Under the pieces are notes generated by a model. The model did no database searches. It saw only the letters and a program-made list of their open reading frames with translations, and was not told the origin of the DNA. A stretch of DNA of 64,000 nucleotides from Eledone cirrhosa (taxonomy: Eukaryota), in the NCBI GenBank assembly GCA_964016885.1, contig OZ024745.1, positions 44,888,001-44,952,000 of the forward strand, written 5' to 3'. Numbering within the stretch: position 1 is the first letter of the stretch; the number at the start of each line of letters is the position of its first letter. Made by a program: the position numbers and the translations under genes. This document shows, piece after piece, positions 1 to 12,085 of the stretch.

Positions 1-300
1 TCTTTCCCTATATCCTCTCTGTCTTTCCCTATATCCTCTCTGTCTTTCCCTATATCCTCTCTGTCTTTCCCTATATCCTCTCTGTCTTTCCCTATATCCT
101 CTCTGTCTTTCCCTATATCCTCTCTGTCTTTCCCTATATCCTCTCTGTCTTTCCCTATATCCTCTCTGTCTTTCCCTATATCCTCTCTGTCTTTCCCTCT
201 ATCCTCTCTGTCTTTCACTATATCCCTCTTTCTTTCTCTATATCCCTCTTTCTTTCCCTATATCCCTCTTTCTTTCCCTATACTCTCCTATCTTTCACTA
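1..300. repeat. 21-bp pyrimidine-rich minisatellite (TCTTTCCCTATATCCTCTCTG)n, degenerating to ~20-bp units after ~210
   Basis: About 9-10 near-perfect 21-nt units read directly from position 1. Confidence 0.95.
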
Positions 301-475
301 TATCCCCCTTCTCTTTCTCGCTACATATGCCCTCTCTCGTTCACTATATGCTTCTCTTATACAATATCCTTTATCATACTCTACAAACACTTTTCTCCTC
401 CTCCTTATTTTTCTCTCTTCTCTCTATCTTATTTCCGTTTTTCACTTTTTTTCCTGAAGTTATAGCAGCATCATT

Positions 476-810
476 AGATTGGCAGAATCGTTAGAGCGTC
501 AGACGAAATTCTTTGCAGCAACTAGTTATGGCCCTTTACATTCTGAGTTCAAATCCCACTGAGGTCAACTTTGCTTTTCATCCTTACAAGGTCAATAAAA
601 TAAACCACCAATAATGCACTGGGGTCGATTTAGTTGACTTTCCTTTTCCCTTCAAATTGCTGGCCTTGTGCCAAATGTGGACACAATCATTACAAACAAC
701 ATCTCGCCGAGGTTGCCTTTGCCTTTCATCCTTACGAGGTCGATAAAATAAAGTACCAGTAATGCACTGGGTAATTGCTGGCCTTGTGCCAAAAGTAGAA
801 ACAATTATTC
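476..810 (+). mobile_element. tRNA-headed SINE family A: one full copy (476-691) plus a 5'-truncated copy (706-810)
   Basis: A-box-like TGGCAGAATCGTT, B-box GAGTTCAAATCC, central GCCTTTCATCCTTAC..GGTCGATAAAATAAAGTACCAG domain, 3' end GCTGGCCTTGTGCC..GAAACAATTATT. About 20 further copies in the window. Confidence 0.9.
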
Positions 811-2861
811 TATGTACTATTCATGCACCTTTGATGAGTTGTAGTGCATTATTATTATTTTAAGTAATTGAAATAAACTGAATGTGTTAATTTGTTTTCA
901 TAGAAAATAAGAATTTCTATTAAAAGTTATTATTCAAACTTTTTATAATTAATTCTTAACACCCAGTAATGATTTATCTAGAAAATATCTAGAATGGGTT
1001 TAATTCAAATGTTTATTGTATCTTTACTAGTTGTATCTAGACTGTTGTGAAAATTTGCAGTAAATTATTGATGCAGTCATAAGGTCCAAATAACCTGATT
1101 GAGGGTGGGGTGGGGGCTTGTTCTCTGAAGACCTTCTGCTGTCCAGCTCTCCTGAGAGTTTCTTACCATTGTTTTATACTTGTCAAGAATCTTTTGCTAA
1201 TGCGGTTTCATGTAGGACAGAATGTTGAGTTAAAGTACATTTCCAGTGAATTGTCAGTCGGTGTCTAAGACAAAATATATAGCTCTCCACACTCTTTGAG
1301 GTCCATTCTGTATTTCATTCTTTTGTAGAACATTGGATAAGTTATCTTGTGGTTCCACTGTAGTCTATTTGGGTGGTAGACTTAATCCATTACCCAGTTT
1401 AACAACCATGTGGCAGTTGGGTGACTTTTGCAGAGTCCACTCTGTTGCAAGCATTTAGAGCAGGTCACCCGTTTGAGGATCCCTTCTTTGGTACTTGGAC
1501 CAGGTCTCCCATTTGAGGATATCTTCTTCCTTCTCTCCCACTTGTCCGTCAAAGAGAGTCATGAGTACTTCCCTAATCTCACTGAATAATCTGTTTAAAA
1601 AAAAATTGAATTTAAATATACCTAAGACATTTATGTTTAGTAAAACATGATGATTGTTTGAAAGAGAAAAAAAAATCTTTTTTTCAACTTTTAATTAATA
1701 CCAACTTTTAATTAATACCTTTCAGCTAAATTGATGTTGGATTTTCATATAGTAGGATTAATACAATTTTTTTATTTTGTTAATTCCCTTAAAAATACTC
1801 TCCTGCTGCCACCAGAAAAAAAAAATCACTTTCAATGTGCTGTCAGCATTATATTTGTAGTTAAAGTGGTGTCCTCCTATGTACATCAATGGCACCACTA
1901 GTTCATCAACGTTACTAGAGCTTAGTGGTAATACATTAAGGACATACACAACAGTTCGACACTTTAAACTTTAAACGAAAGTTTTACAAACTTTTTTCAC
2001 TTGTGGCACCTTTTGATTATAAAATTTATTTTGTGAGCACATAAGAGTTTGTTTGTTCCACCTGGCAAAATTATATGTGCATCAGCTAGTTCCATTAAAT
2101 TTTGTTTGTATAACATTACAAAGCTATATTTTATAAAAATAGTGAATTAAAACCATTCAGAATTATTTAACTCTTAATGACCTGTATCATATTAACAAAC
2201 AAGCAATTCTTGGAAAGAACAAAATAACATCTCTGTACCATATAAAACTACATTATCACAACATTCTTGAAAAGTACAAAACAGCCCTATGACTGCATCA
2301 CATTAAACATTTAAATCTTATTCTAATATTGCAAATTTTTATGAACATCTGTACACTAGTAAAGATGCTATCAATATTTGAATTAACCAACCCATTTTTA
2401 GATATTTTTCTGCTAAATCATTACAGGATGTTAAGAGTTAGTTCTTAAGAATTTAGGTGGGAATTTGTCATCCTTAGTCACACCTTTGGGTTTGAGTAAA
2501 GCAGAGAAAGTAAATATTAAATGATGATGATAGAATGTAATGTTGGGAGATATTCCTTGATGGTACACCCACACATACAGATAAGCACACCTTATACACA
2601 CTACATCAGTGTTATTAGCTTAGTGGCCATAAATCAAAGGTATACGATACAGTTTAAACTTTTACACTGACAGCTGCTTTTGATCATGCTGCTTGTTAAA
2701 TTATGAGACCAAGCTAAACTGATTAAATTTTGTCCACATAACATTATAAGGTGAAATAAACCTATATGATTTTGAAAAATAGTTTCGAAAGGGGAGGAAG
2801 TACTAAAACCATTGTGACCAATCAATCAAATAGTACTTCTTTTCCTTTCTAAGCAACTTTG

Positions 2862-3130
2862 ATACATACTAGCCATGAATGTCCAGATATTTAGTTCAAC
2901 AGCAATAGGTTCTGTATTGCGTTCTTGAGCAAAACTCTTTATTTCAAGTTCTAGTATACTCAACTGAAAATGAATACCAGCAATAGCTGGAGGTTTAACC
3001 CTGTGATGGATTTGCATAATGCCCAGTGGGGGGGGGGGGGGGATTCTTAGACTCTGTCACTTCATGCCATGAAACTGGGATAAGCACTGGCCTTATGACC
3101 TTCTAGGCATGAGACACATTTTAGACTTTT
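2862..3130 (+). mobile_element. SINE family B (tRNA head, CTTGAGCAA core, AGACTTT-type tail)
   Basis: Aligns by eye with the copies at 4505-4783 and 25269-25561 (+) and at 36660-36830 and 47848-48022 (-). Confidence 0.8.
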
Positions 3131-3762
3131 ATTTAGCAATGCTTGATGATATCTACACCTCTTTATCATCTTTCCATCCTTTAAATTACTGTTGCACCAA
3201 AGTTTGCTGTGTTTATCCTCTCAGTGTGCAGTAACTAACTTATTATTTTACCATTAGCTGAAGCTCTCGACCAAAATTTTACATCAATGTATTGAACCAG
3301 TTTACCTTTGCATGTTTATAAAAGATAATGAAATATTAAATCTGTACTGAGTATGCTGGGCCTGGTGAGCTATTTTGACATGGTCTAAGTAGGTAAAGAA
3401 AAGATACTTATTCAATTTATTATGTCACTACATATATATCATCAAGTAATTGACAATTTTATGGAGTTAACGCACTGTCAATTATAATTGGAAAATAGAA
3501 AAATAATTTTTTTCCAATCAAGAAATATACTTAAATATTTCTGTTTTTAGAGTTTCTCCTCTAAAAACAACGATTGATAAGTATCTTACAAAAAACAACA
3601 ACAAAAAACAACAAACAAACAAAAAACAAAAAAAAACACAAAAAAAACAAAACAAAAAAAACAAAAAAAAACAAAACAAAAAAACAAAAAAAACAAAGAA
3701 AAGAATTATATTTATAATTTTAAAAATATTTTCTGATTTATGCTAATTATTAAAAAAATAAT

Positions 3763-4142
3763 AATTGTTTCTACTTTTGGCACAAGGCCAGCAATTAATC
3801 AGTGTATTACTGGTACTTTATTTTATTGCCCCCGTAAGGATGAAAGGCAAAGTTAACCTCGGCGGGATTTGAACTCAGAATGGCAAGGGCCGTAACTCTA
3901 TGCGTCAAAGCCTGGCGTCCGACCCTCTACTGATACTGCCAATCCACCGCTGCATATAATAATCATAATTGAATATGGATAAAATACATTAGTGGTGAGC
4001 AATTGATTACTGTTTGAGAACATTATTAAAGAAATAATAATTGTTTCTACTTTTGGCACAAGGCCAGCAATTACCCAGTACATTACTGGTACTTTATTTT
4101 ATCGACCCCATAAGGATGAAAGGCAAAGTTAACCTCGGCGGG
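3763..4142 (-). mobile_element. Two SINE-A copies (full 3763-3951; 5'-truncated 4039-4142) associated with an inverted duplication
   Basis: Reverse complement of the SINE-A consensus. The 17-mer ATTATTAAA(A/G)AAATAAT occurs at 3746, 4022 and 4143. Confidence 0.88.
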
Positions 4143-4504
4143 ATTATTAAAAAAATAATGTTCTTAAACAGTAATCAATTGCTCACCACTAATGTATTTT
4201 ATCCATATTCAATTATGATTATTATAAAAATCAAAAATATTAATATATCTTGTTAATTAACACACAATTAATGATTTTGGTGTCATTCACTTCATGTTCA
4301 TAAAAAAAAAATGTTATGTTTCTAAAACATTTTTTGGTCCCAAAAATCTTTGTGTCAGTGTGAATCTTGATAAAGAAAGGTAAAATCCTTGGATGTATTC
4401 AATTTGCTATGATGTATATTTGCTTTTTGCAATTTACAAATTTTTATGCAGTTTATTAGTCAGTCTGTAGCAGGAACTTTTCTTTTTGTTAGTGCATATG
4501 TGAT

Positions 4505-4783
4505 TTTGGGCCTAGTGGTAAGTGTGTTGGATTTACAATCATAATGTCATGGGTTCGATTTCTGGACTGGGTTGTATGTTGTGTGCTTGAGCAAAATACT
4601 TCATTTCACATTGCTCTAGTACACTCAACTGACAATGAGTACCAGCAGTAGCTAGGGGTTTTAACCCAGTGATTGACTGGTATCCTGTCTAGGGGGGAGT
4701 CTTATACTCCCAGTCGCTTAACGCCACGGAAACCAATATAATTACCAGTCTGTTGAACATCCAGACTCGAGATAGACTTTAGA
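4505..4783 (+). mobile_element. SINE family B, full length
   Basis: A box GGCCTAGTGG, B box GGTTCGATTTC, core GTGCTTGAGCAAAATACTT, 3' GCCACGGAAACC..AGACTTTAGA. Confidence 0.85.
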
Positions 4784-6499
4784 TATGTGAATTTAGGGAA
4801 AATGTATGAAAACTGCTCTTCCATTCCCCCTCTTGCTTTCTATCTTATTCTTCTTCAAGCCTGGCTCCTATTTCCCCCTCCCCCTTCTCTGTCTTAATCT
4901 CTGTATATGCTTTCTTTGTTCTCATCATTATACTTTCCATTCTCAACTTTTTCTTCTCTGTCTCTCTCGTTCATCCTAACTCTGTCTGTATTTGTACTGT
5001 TTTTCATGGCATTTAATTGATTTACAATTGTTTACTTGTAATTTTGTCACACCCGACCGTTATATGTGCGACGATGTGTAAAGGACACACTCACATTAGA
5101 AAGTTTTTGCAATGTGTTCATTCAAGTGTATATAGTGTGTCCAGAATAGAGCATTGCTTTCATTAACACTTTTACAATTTATAATTGTGCATCTTGCATT
5201 ATTCAATTGAATAATTCCTCTTGGGTGACATGATATATATAATATTTGGCTCTAGAGAAAACTACTAGCCTCTGTTTCTCAATGAGAAAGTGATTCATGT
5301 GACTTTATAGATTGTATTAACAGTTGCTCTAGGGACTTTTAAATCATTAGTCTTTTGAATCATTAAAGTTTACAAATATGAGTGGGTTTTATGGTGTGTA
5401 TGTGTTAAGGGCATGGATTCTAATGTGTTACACATTCAATTGAGTACTTGCTCTTCACTGATAAATTTCACATTTTACTCTAGGGAAAACTAACTTTAAT
5501 ATTTCATTTGGAAATTGATTTTATTGGCTAATTTTAGCCAATGTTGACCACTACTAGATTCTTTAGAGTCTGTTTTTTTAAAAATATAATGACCAACAAT
5601 GATAAAATGCACGGTGTATTCTATGGAGTGCTGGAATGTATGTAAGCAAGATGAGAGGTCAGTAGCTCTGATTATATATTGACTTGGTCTGTGACGACAC
5701 ATCAAATCCTTGTTAGCAGGGAAAATGGATGTTAAATGATGATCATTTGTTCTATTGTTGTAAATGTTCTTATTTTACACACTTGTAATTTTTTATTCTC
5801 CATTAGTTCATAGTCTTTGTTTACATTGTGAATGAATATACACATACATTGTGTGTGCTTATTTTTTTCTATATTTTATGTGTATCCCTGTTTTTAGAAT
5901 AGGTACACCATATGTGTCATAAGAGGTAATTGGAAGAGTTGGTATCAGGAAGGGGATCTGACTATAAAAGATTTTCAAAACATCCCATCCAACCTTTGCC
6001 ACTGTGGAAAAGTGGATGTAATGTTGATGATGATGGTGGTTGTGTTGGTGGTGATGATGATGATGTTGATGATGATTATCCTCATAATATTGTTTTAATA
6101 TGTTAAAGATTTTGCTTATATCTTTGAAGGTGTCTTGATAAAAGAGTAACAATTGAATGTGTCATGACAAGCAGAATCATAATATAGTTAAATGACGATG
6201 ACGTTGATGATGTGCATATGCAGTACTAACAAAGAGAAATGTACCATTAATTGCTTTCCTTCTGACTTCCTCAGATAGAATCCAATTAAGAAACTAATGT
6301 TGTTAGTAAAATAATCATCTCCATATTGCTAATTATCTATTTAGTCAAATGTTGGTCTATTTAGTCAAGTACTTCACAACTCTCATTGGCAATCTCTTTT
6401 TTATATTCTAGTAGAAGATGCCCTTAAGACTTCAAGAGAGACCTTATAGGGAATAAATAGTTTGCTAGAAATATAGCAACTGAATCCAACAATTCTAAT

Positions 6500-6686
6500 A
6501 ATAGTGTTTCTACTTTTGGCACAAGGCCAGCAATTATACCAGTGCATTACTGGTATTTTATTTTATCGACCCCGTAAGGATGAAAGGCAAAGTTAATCTC
6601 GGCGGGATTCGAACTTAGATCATAAAGGGCCGTAACTCTTTGTTGCAAAGCATGGCGTCCGACCCTGTACTGATACTGCCAATCCT
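6500..6686 (-). mobile_element. SINE-A, full length
   Basis: Reverse complement of the SINE-A consensus. Confidence 0.88.
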
Positions 6687-7454
6687 CCTAATGATTTCTA
6701 ACATATGCACAAGGCCACATATTTGGGTGGGAAGAAGTCAGTCAATTTTTATTAGAGGTAATATTACAATAAACTGAACTTGTGACCTCATTTTCACTAA
6801 TGATAATTTTACTTGACTTGTATTGCTAATGATATTTAGAAAGGCATGAATGTCACAGCCTGCTCAACAATTCTTTATTACTGTTCTTTCTAATTTCAAA
6901 TATATATCACCAGATCAACTTTCATTAGTCTGACTACTAATTATATTACATGAATATAGCTTTCCATTGATTATCAAATATTAGTGGCTGCTTTCATTAT
7001 GAGTTTTCTCCCAATTTAGCAGAAAGTTCTAATTCATTATGGCAACCCTTTAACTTCCACTGAACATTTTCCATTTTAGTTTCAATTATTATTTGACACA
7101 TTTGTTATTTGTTAATGTTTATGTGCATTCCTAGAGTTTTTTTTTAAAAATATTAAGTTTATACTTAAAATTCAGTGGTACCTGAGGATGTGTGCATCTG
7201 TGTGTGTCTGTGTGTGTTTGTGTGTTTTTTTCTTTTGGTGTGTATGCATGTGTATTGTTTTGTTTTTTTGATGTGGTATGTATTGGTTATTTTTTTCACA
7301 AGCTTGGTCAACTGTATAATCTGAATATTTTAAAATTTAATACTAACCTAACATAAAATAGAACAAATCATGATTTTCTTTTTATCCAATAAAGCTCAGT
7401 AAAATAAAAGATTGACTTTAATTCAATCAGCTATATATTCTTTCCTTATAGAAT

Positions 7455-7795
7455 GCAGCATGGCCGAATAGTTAAGAAGTTTGTTTTGTAATCATGAGGT
7501 GCAGGATTCAAGCTCACTGTGTGACATCTTTGGCAAATGTCATTTACCATAGCCTCAGGTTGACCCATTTATTGTGAGTGAAATTGGAGAGATGGAAAAT
7601 TTTAGGACACTAGTCAGATGAACTGTATCTGTAAATCAAAGGGCCAGCCTTATCACACACACACAGTATTATGCTGAATTTCCCTGAAAATTACTTTCAG
7701 GGTTCACATAACTTACATGTCAATTTTACGACCTGGCTGTTCCATTGATCTGAACAACTGGAACATTCGCAGTCAAAACTGACAGAGGTCCATTA
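7455..7795 (+). mobile_element. SINE family C (tRNA head + CORE-like ACCTTGRGCAAGT block)
   Basis: Similar copies or fragments at 35485-35755 (-), 39158-39310 (+), 47260-47415 (+, tail part) and 56840-56980 (+). The CORE-like label is from memory. Confidence 0.7.
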
Positions 7796-8702
7796 TCAAA
7801 AATGTCTTTGTTTTTGGTAGTGTTAAGTAGTTAATTATTTTATAGCTCACAAGGGCCCATAGTGTTGCTACTTAACATTTTCTGCAGTGTTAAGCAGATA
7901 AGACAAGTATCATGCTACTCCAATAAGATGTTGGTTTTATCACAACATTCCAGAAAATGCCTTGGTTGTTTATACAAGTAAGTGAACTGAAACACAGAAT
8001 AGAAACAACTTGCTTCAAGACACAATAAAATGCCTGTTGCATCTATGAATTTGTATATTATAAGTTGGCAGTCCAGTATCTGATCTTTCCGCTATTTTCC
8101 TTCTATCAATATGTGTGTTGTTTCTTACATTTTGATTTCGTTAGATTTACTTAAGCACATTTATTACAGTTCCTTTCTAATTTAATTAGTTTATTGAATA
8201 TGACAGTGCAAATGTTTAGTTCAGGGGAAGCAAATGGGAAGGTCTTAAAAGGGCCATTACATTCTGGGGAAGAGGTGCAGCAGGCCAAATGTTAAATGAG
8301 GAGGGGAGGGGGGAGGCATGATTTCCAACAGTTATAATGCTAGACTGCAAAATACCTGATAGACTGTTATTTTCACCCCATCAAAATGAATATGCATATG
8401 AGAGTAAGTCGGATATGTGAATTAGTACAAATTGTAGGGGGACAGATTTTCTATTTCAATTTTTTTTAATTTATCATGTAATTTGTTCTGCTGTGGGTAA
8501 AGAAAAGTAGTTTCAAACCCCTGGTTTATTTTCTAGTAGGTTTATCACACATGACAGTACAATAATTAAGTTTTTAGTAGGTTTATCACATAAAACAGTA
8601 CAGTAGTTTATCACATAGTAATTTCGGTTCTACTGTCTTTATAGTCAAATGTTTTACTATGTAGTTCATGCCATTAGTATATATATATATATAGACAATA
8701 TG

Positions 8703-8988
8703 CCCCCACACCCTCCACCGCAAGGTGGTCGTGGAGGTGCCACGGCAAAAAAGCACCCAGCCTACACTGTAAAGTGGACGTGTAGACGCCACGGAAAAAG
8801 CACCCAGCACTCACTGTAAATGAGGTTGGTGTTAGGAAGGGCATCCAGCTGTAGAAATCAAGCCAAATCAGTTCCTGTATGAGCAAGGCATGGTCAGCCG
8901 ACCAGACACTGCCCACAACAGGACAACCCGTCTAACCCATGTTAGCGTGGAAGAACGGACGTAAAACGGTGATGATGATGATGATGAT
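8703..8988 (+). mobile_element. Short RTE 3'-UTR-derived insertion with (GAT)n tail
   Basis: Homologous to the LINE 3' UTR at 12086-12430 (GGTTGGTGTTAGGAAGGGCATCCA.CTGTAGAAA; AACCCATG.TAGCGTGGAA..CGGACGT) and closely similar to 49277-49551. Confidence 0.88.
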
Positions 8989-9420
8989 ATATATATATAT
9001 GCTATCAGTAGCTTGATTAAAAGAATACAAATTCCAGGATGTACTAATTTTCCTTTTCTCCTCAGAAGATGACTTATTTGAGCAGGCTTTCCTTAAGTAA
9101 ACTATTTTGCAACTACAAATAATAAATAACTATTTCAGTCATACTTCCTCCTAAATTCAGCTACATAATTGGTTGTTTTTATTGCTTATTATATTTTCGC
9201 AAAAAGTGACTGTAATTCCAGCCATCTTGGCAACACAAGGAAAATACTTGGCACAGACATTATGGATTTCAGACAATTAAGGTTGACAATGTCATTGGAA
9301 AGTTGCCATTTATTAACATCTTCAACTGACTACTATCTGGACAACAGATTGCTTCTTACATTTCACCATTTTAGTTGTACTTTCATTCATTTATACACAC
9401 TTTCTTTTATGATACATTTA

Positions 9421-9456
<36 letters not shown>

Positions 9457-12085
9457 GGGGGGGGGGGTTAGACGTCAACCTTTTTGTGTTTATTGTTGTT
9501 GTAGTATAGTATAGTCACTGCATTTGATCATTTTTTCCTGGTGTCACACTTTTTAACTGTCGTGTTTTACTCTGGATGATAATGATCTATTGGATGCTTT
9601 GTGATTATCTCAAACAACTCGATTAGTACATATGGCAGCTACAACTTCGATTCATACCCAATATTATATATCAGTTCCCGTCCCACCCTTGCAAGCAAGG
9701 AAAAAGTGGACATAAAATGAAATGATGATGATGATATATATGTCTGTAAAGAAACCTGTTTGAAACACTTTTGCCTAGGTGTGCTTATAAATTGTGGGTA
9801 GGGTTTCTGTTGTAAATTTTTTGTGGTTCACTGCATTGTGTACACTGACTATATGATTTTTATGCAGAAGGCACCTATGATAATTTTCCAAAGATATTAA
9901 GTGTTTCAGGCCAATTGGATGGTTGTTGGGTTCTTGGTCAGCTAAATTTGTATGTGGGATATTGAGTAATATTTGACTTATAAAAACATTCAAAAGTTTG
10001 GTTTGTTTCAAAATAGAATTATGTCATCTTCTTTAGAAAAAGTGGAATGGCATTCACCATTTCAATCTGTGGCCCACATGCAGTTCAAAACAATCCTGGT
10101 GGCTCTATACTGACAAACAGTTGCAAGCCATTGTAGTTCAGGCATATGACTGGGAACCACACCCAAACATTCCTTTCATAAAGCTGAAAATATTTCTCCC
10201 ACTATAATGTAGACACTCACTCAGCAACTTGAGAAGAATCTTGATGGAATCTATTGAAGAATACACAGAGTGGCTTGAAACATATCCTGGAAGCTGCACC
10301 ACATGGAAAAGCTACATAGTGGCCATTTACCTGCAATCTCTTATACTATCTAAGAGGGATGAACCAGATTCATTGGGCACTGCTGGAACGCAAAGGATGA
10401 ACTTGTCAGTGATGTGTTGTTATGAGCATTAAAGCATGGACATGTGGGCAGACATCACAGAACCTACATCAAACAGCTATGTGAGGATGCTGAGTGTAAT
10501 CTGGAAGACCTACTATGAGCAATGGACAACAGAGTTGGATAGAAAAAGAGAGCCATGGTGATTCATGCAACAAACACACCAATATGATGGACCAGTATAT
10601 TTTGGCAAAAAATTATTCAAAGCACCCTCAAAATAAAAATCTGTTTTCTGAAACAGTGTAAAGGAAGCCTACCAAACAAAGACTTGTATTTCCTGGTAAA
10701 CAGGAATAGAAAACGTGTTTAGTATGAGGTGTTAGAGCGAGGACAGTGAGCAGGACAAGTGTACCTAGTAATAAAAATGTTTAATTGTTCAGATATCATC
10801 TTCTGATATTAATTTCATAGAGTAAAACACAAAATTCCTGCTTTTCATAACTAGAAACAAAAAATCATGACTCTTAAGTTTTATCTATAATCTTGTGTTA
10901 AATCTATGTCAAACAAATGATCTTAATTGTTTGATACAATTAAAAAGAACACCATATCATCAATGTTATCTAATGTCCTATTTTCCCTGCTAGCAAAGGT
11001 TGGACAGATTATCATAAATCAAGTCACTATTCAATCGGAGTCACTGATCATCTAAATTAAATTACAATGTGAAATATTGGTTCAACCAAATTATGCTTTT
11101 ATATTTTTAATTTATGAACACACCTACAAATTTGTAGTATAGTTGTTTGAATTGACTCAAGTATGTGGGTGGTACTTATTTTATTGAACATGGCAAAGTT
11201 GACCCTAGTAAGATAGGAATTCAATGATGAAACTAACTACAAGGCTCTGCTATATTGTCACCTTCAACTAAAGTATTAAAGAGTCAATGAGGAAGATTCT
11301 ATACTATCTAGTTGATCTGCTAGAAAGAACAGCCAAATTTGTTTCAGATGCACTTAAAAAAACATGACATTATATAATGTAGTTTCAGATACAATGTCTG
11401 ATAAAAAAGATGAGATAGCCATGGTTAAAATGCCTTTAATGATAGGTTTCCTGGATCAGTATCAGTGTTGACAACAAAAACAACTACTAACAATAGAAGT
11501 CAAAGCAATGTTTAATTATTGGGACATACCAAGGAACTTTATCATGTAAAGCTAGTGATCTATTGTCTTATGATTCTGTTTATGGAAGTATTTAAGGTGC
11601 GTATTGATAGCTACATAAAACAATTGTACTTTATGTAGTGTTCTGGTTCTCTGGTGAAATGTATGTGAGACTATCTATTTACAATATAAATGGACCCACT
11701 ATATAGAGTTGTATCATTTAGTCAAGTACTGTGAGTTGGTGTGTAATCTATTGATTTTTTGGTGACGGCTCTGTACATTTCCCTATATTTTTACTCATGT
11801 GGGATGTATTAAAAAACTCTTACTTTCGAATAATGGCATCCAATCATAGAAACCTAGCCAGAAACAGTTCTATATGAGTAAGACATGGTCACCTGACTCA
11901 ACTTCAAATGGGACAACCCATCTAACCCATGCTAGCGTGGAAAATGGACGTTAAATGTTGATGATGATGTGTGTGAATGGGGTTTTAATCATGTCACTGA
12001 CGGCATCATTTCTGGTTCTTTAACCAGGATCACACACACGTGTGTGTGTGTGTGTGTGTGAGGTGTGGTGTATGTGTGTGTGTTT

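Noticed and set aside
9067-9097. Possible micro-exon (strong TACTAAT..CTCCTCAG acceptor; EDDLFEQAFL)
   Set aside because: Weak donor (AA|GTAAAC) and no recognisable homology; cannot be supported without transcripts.
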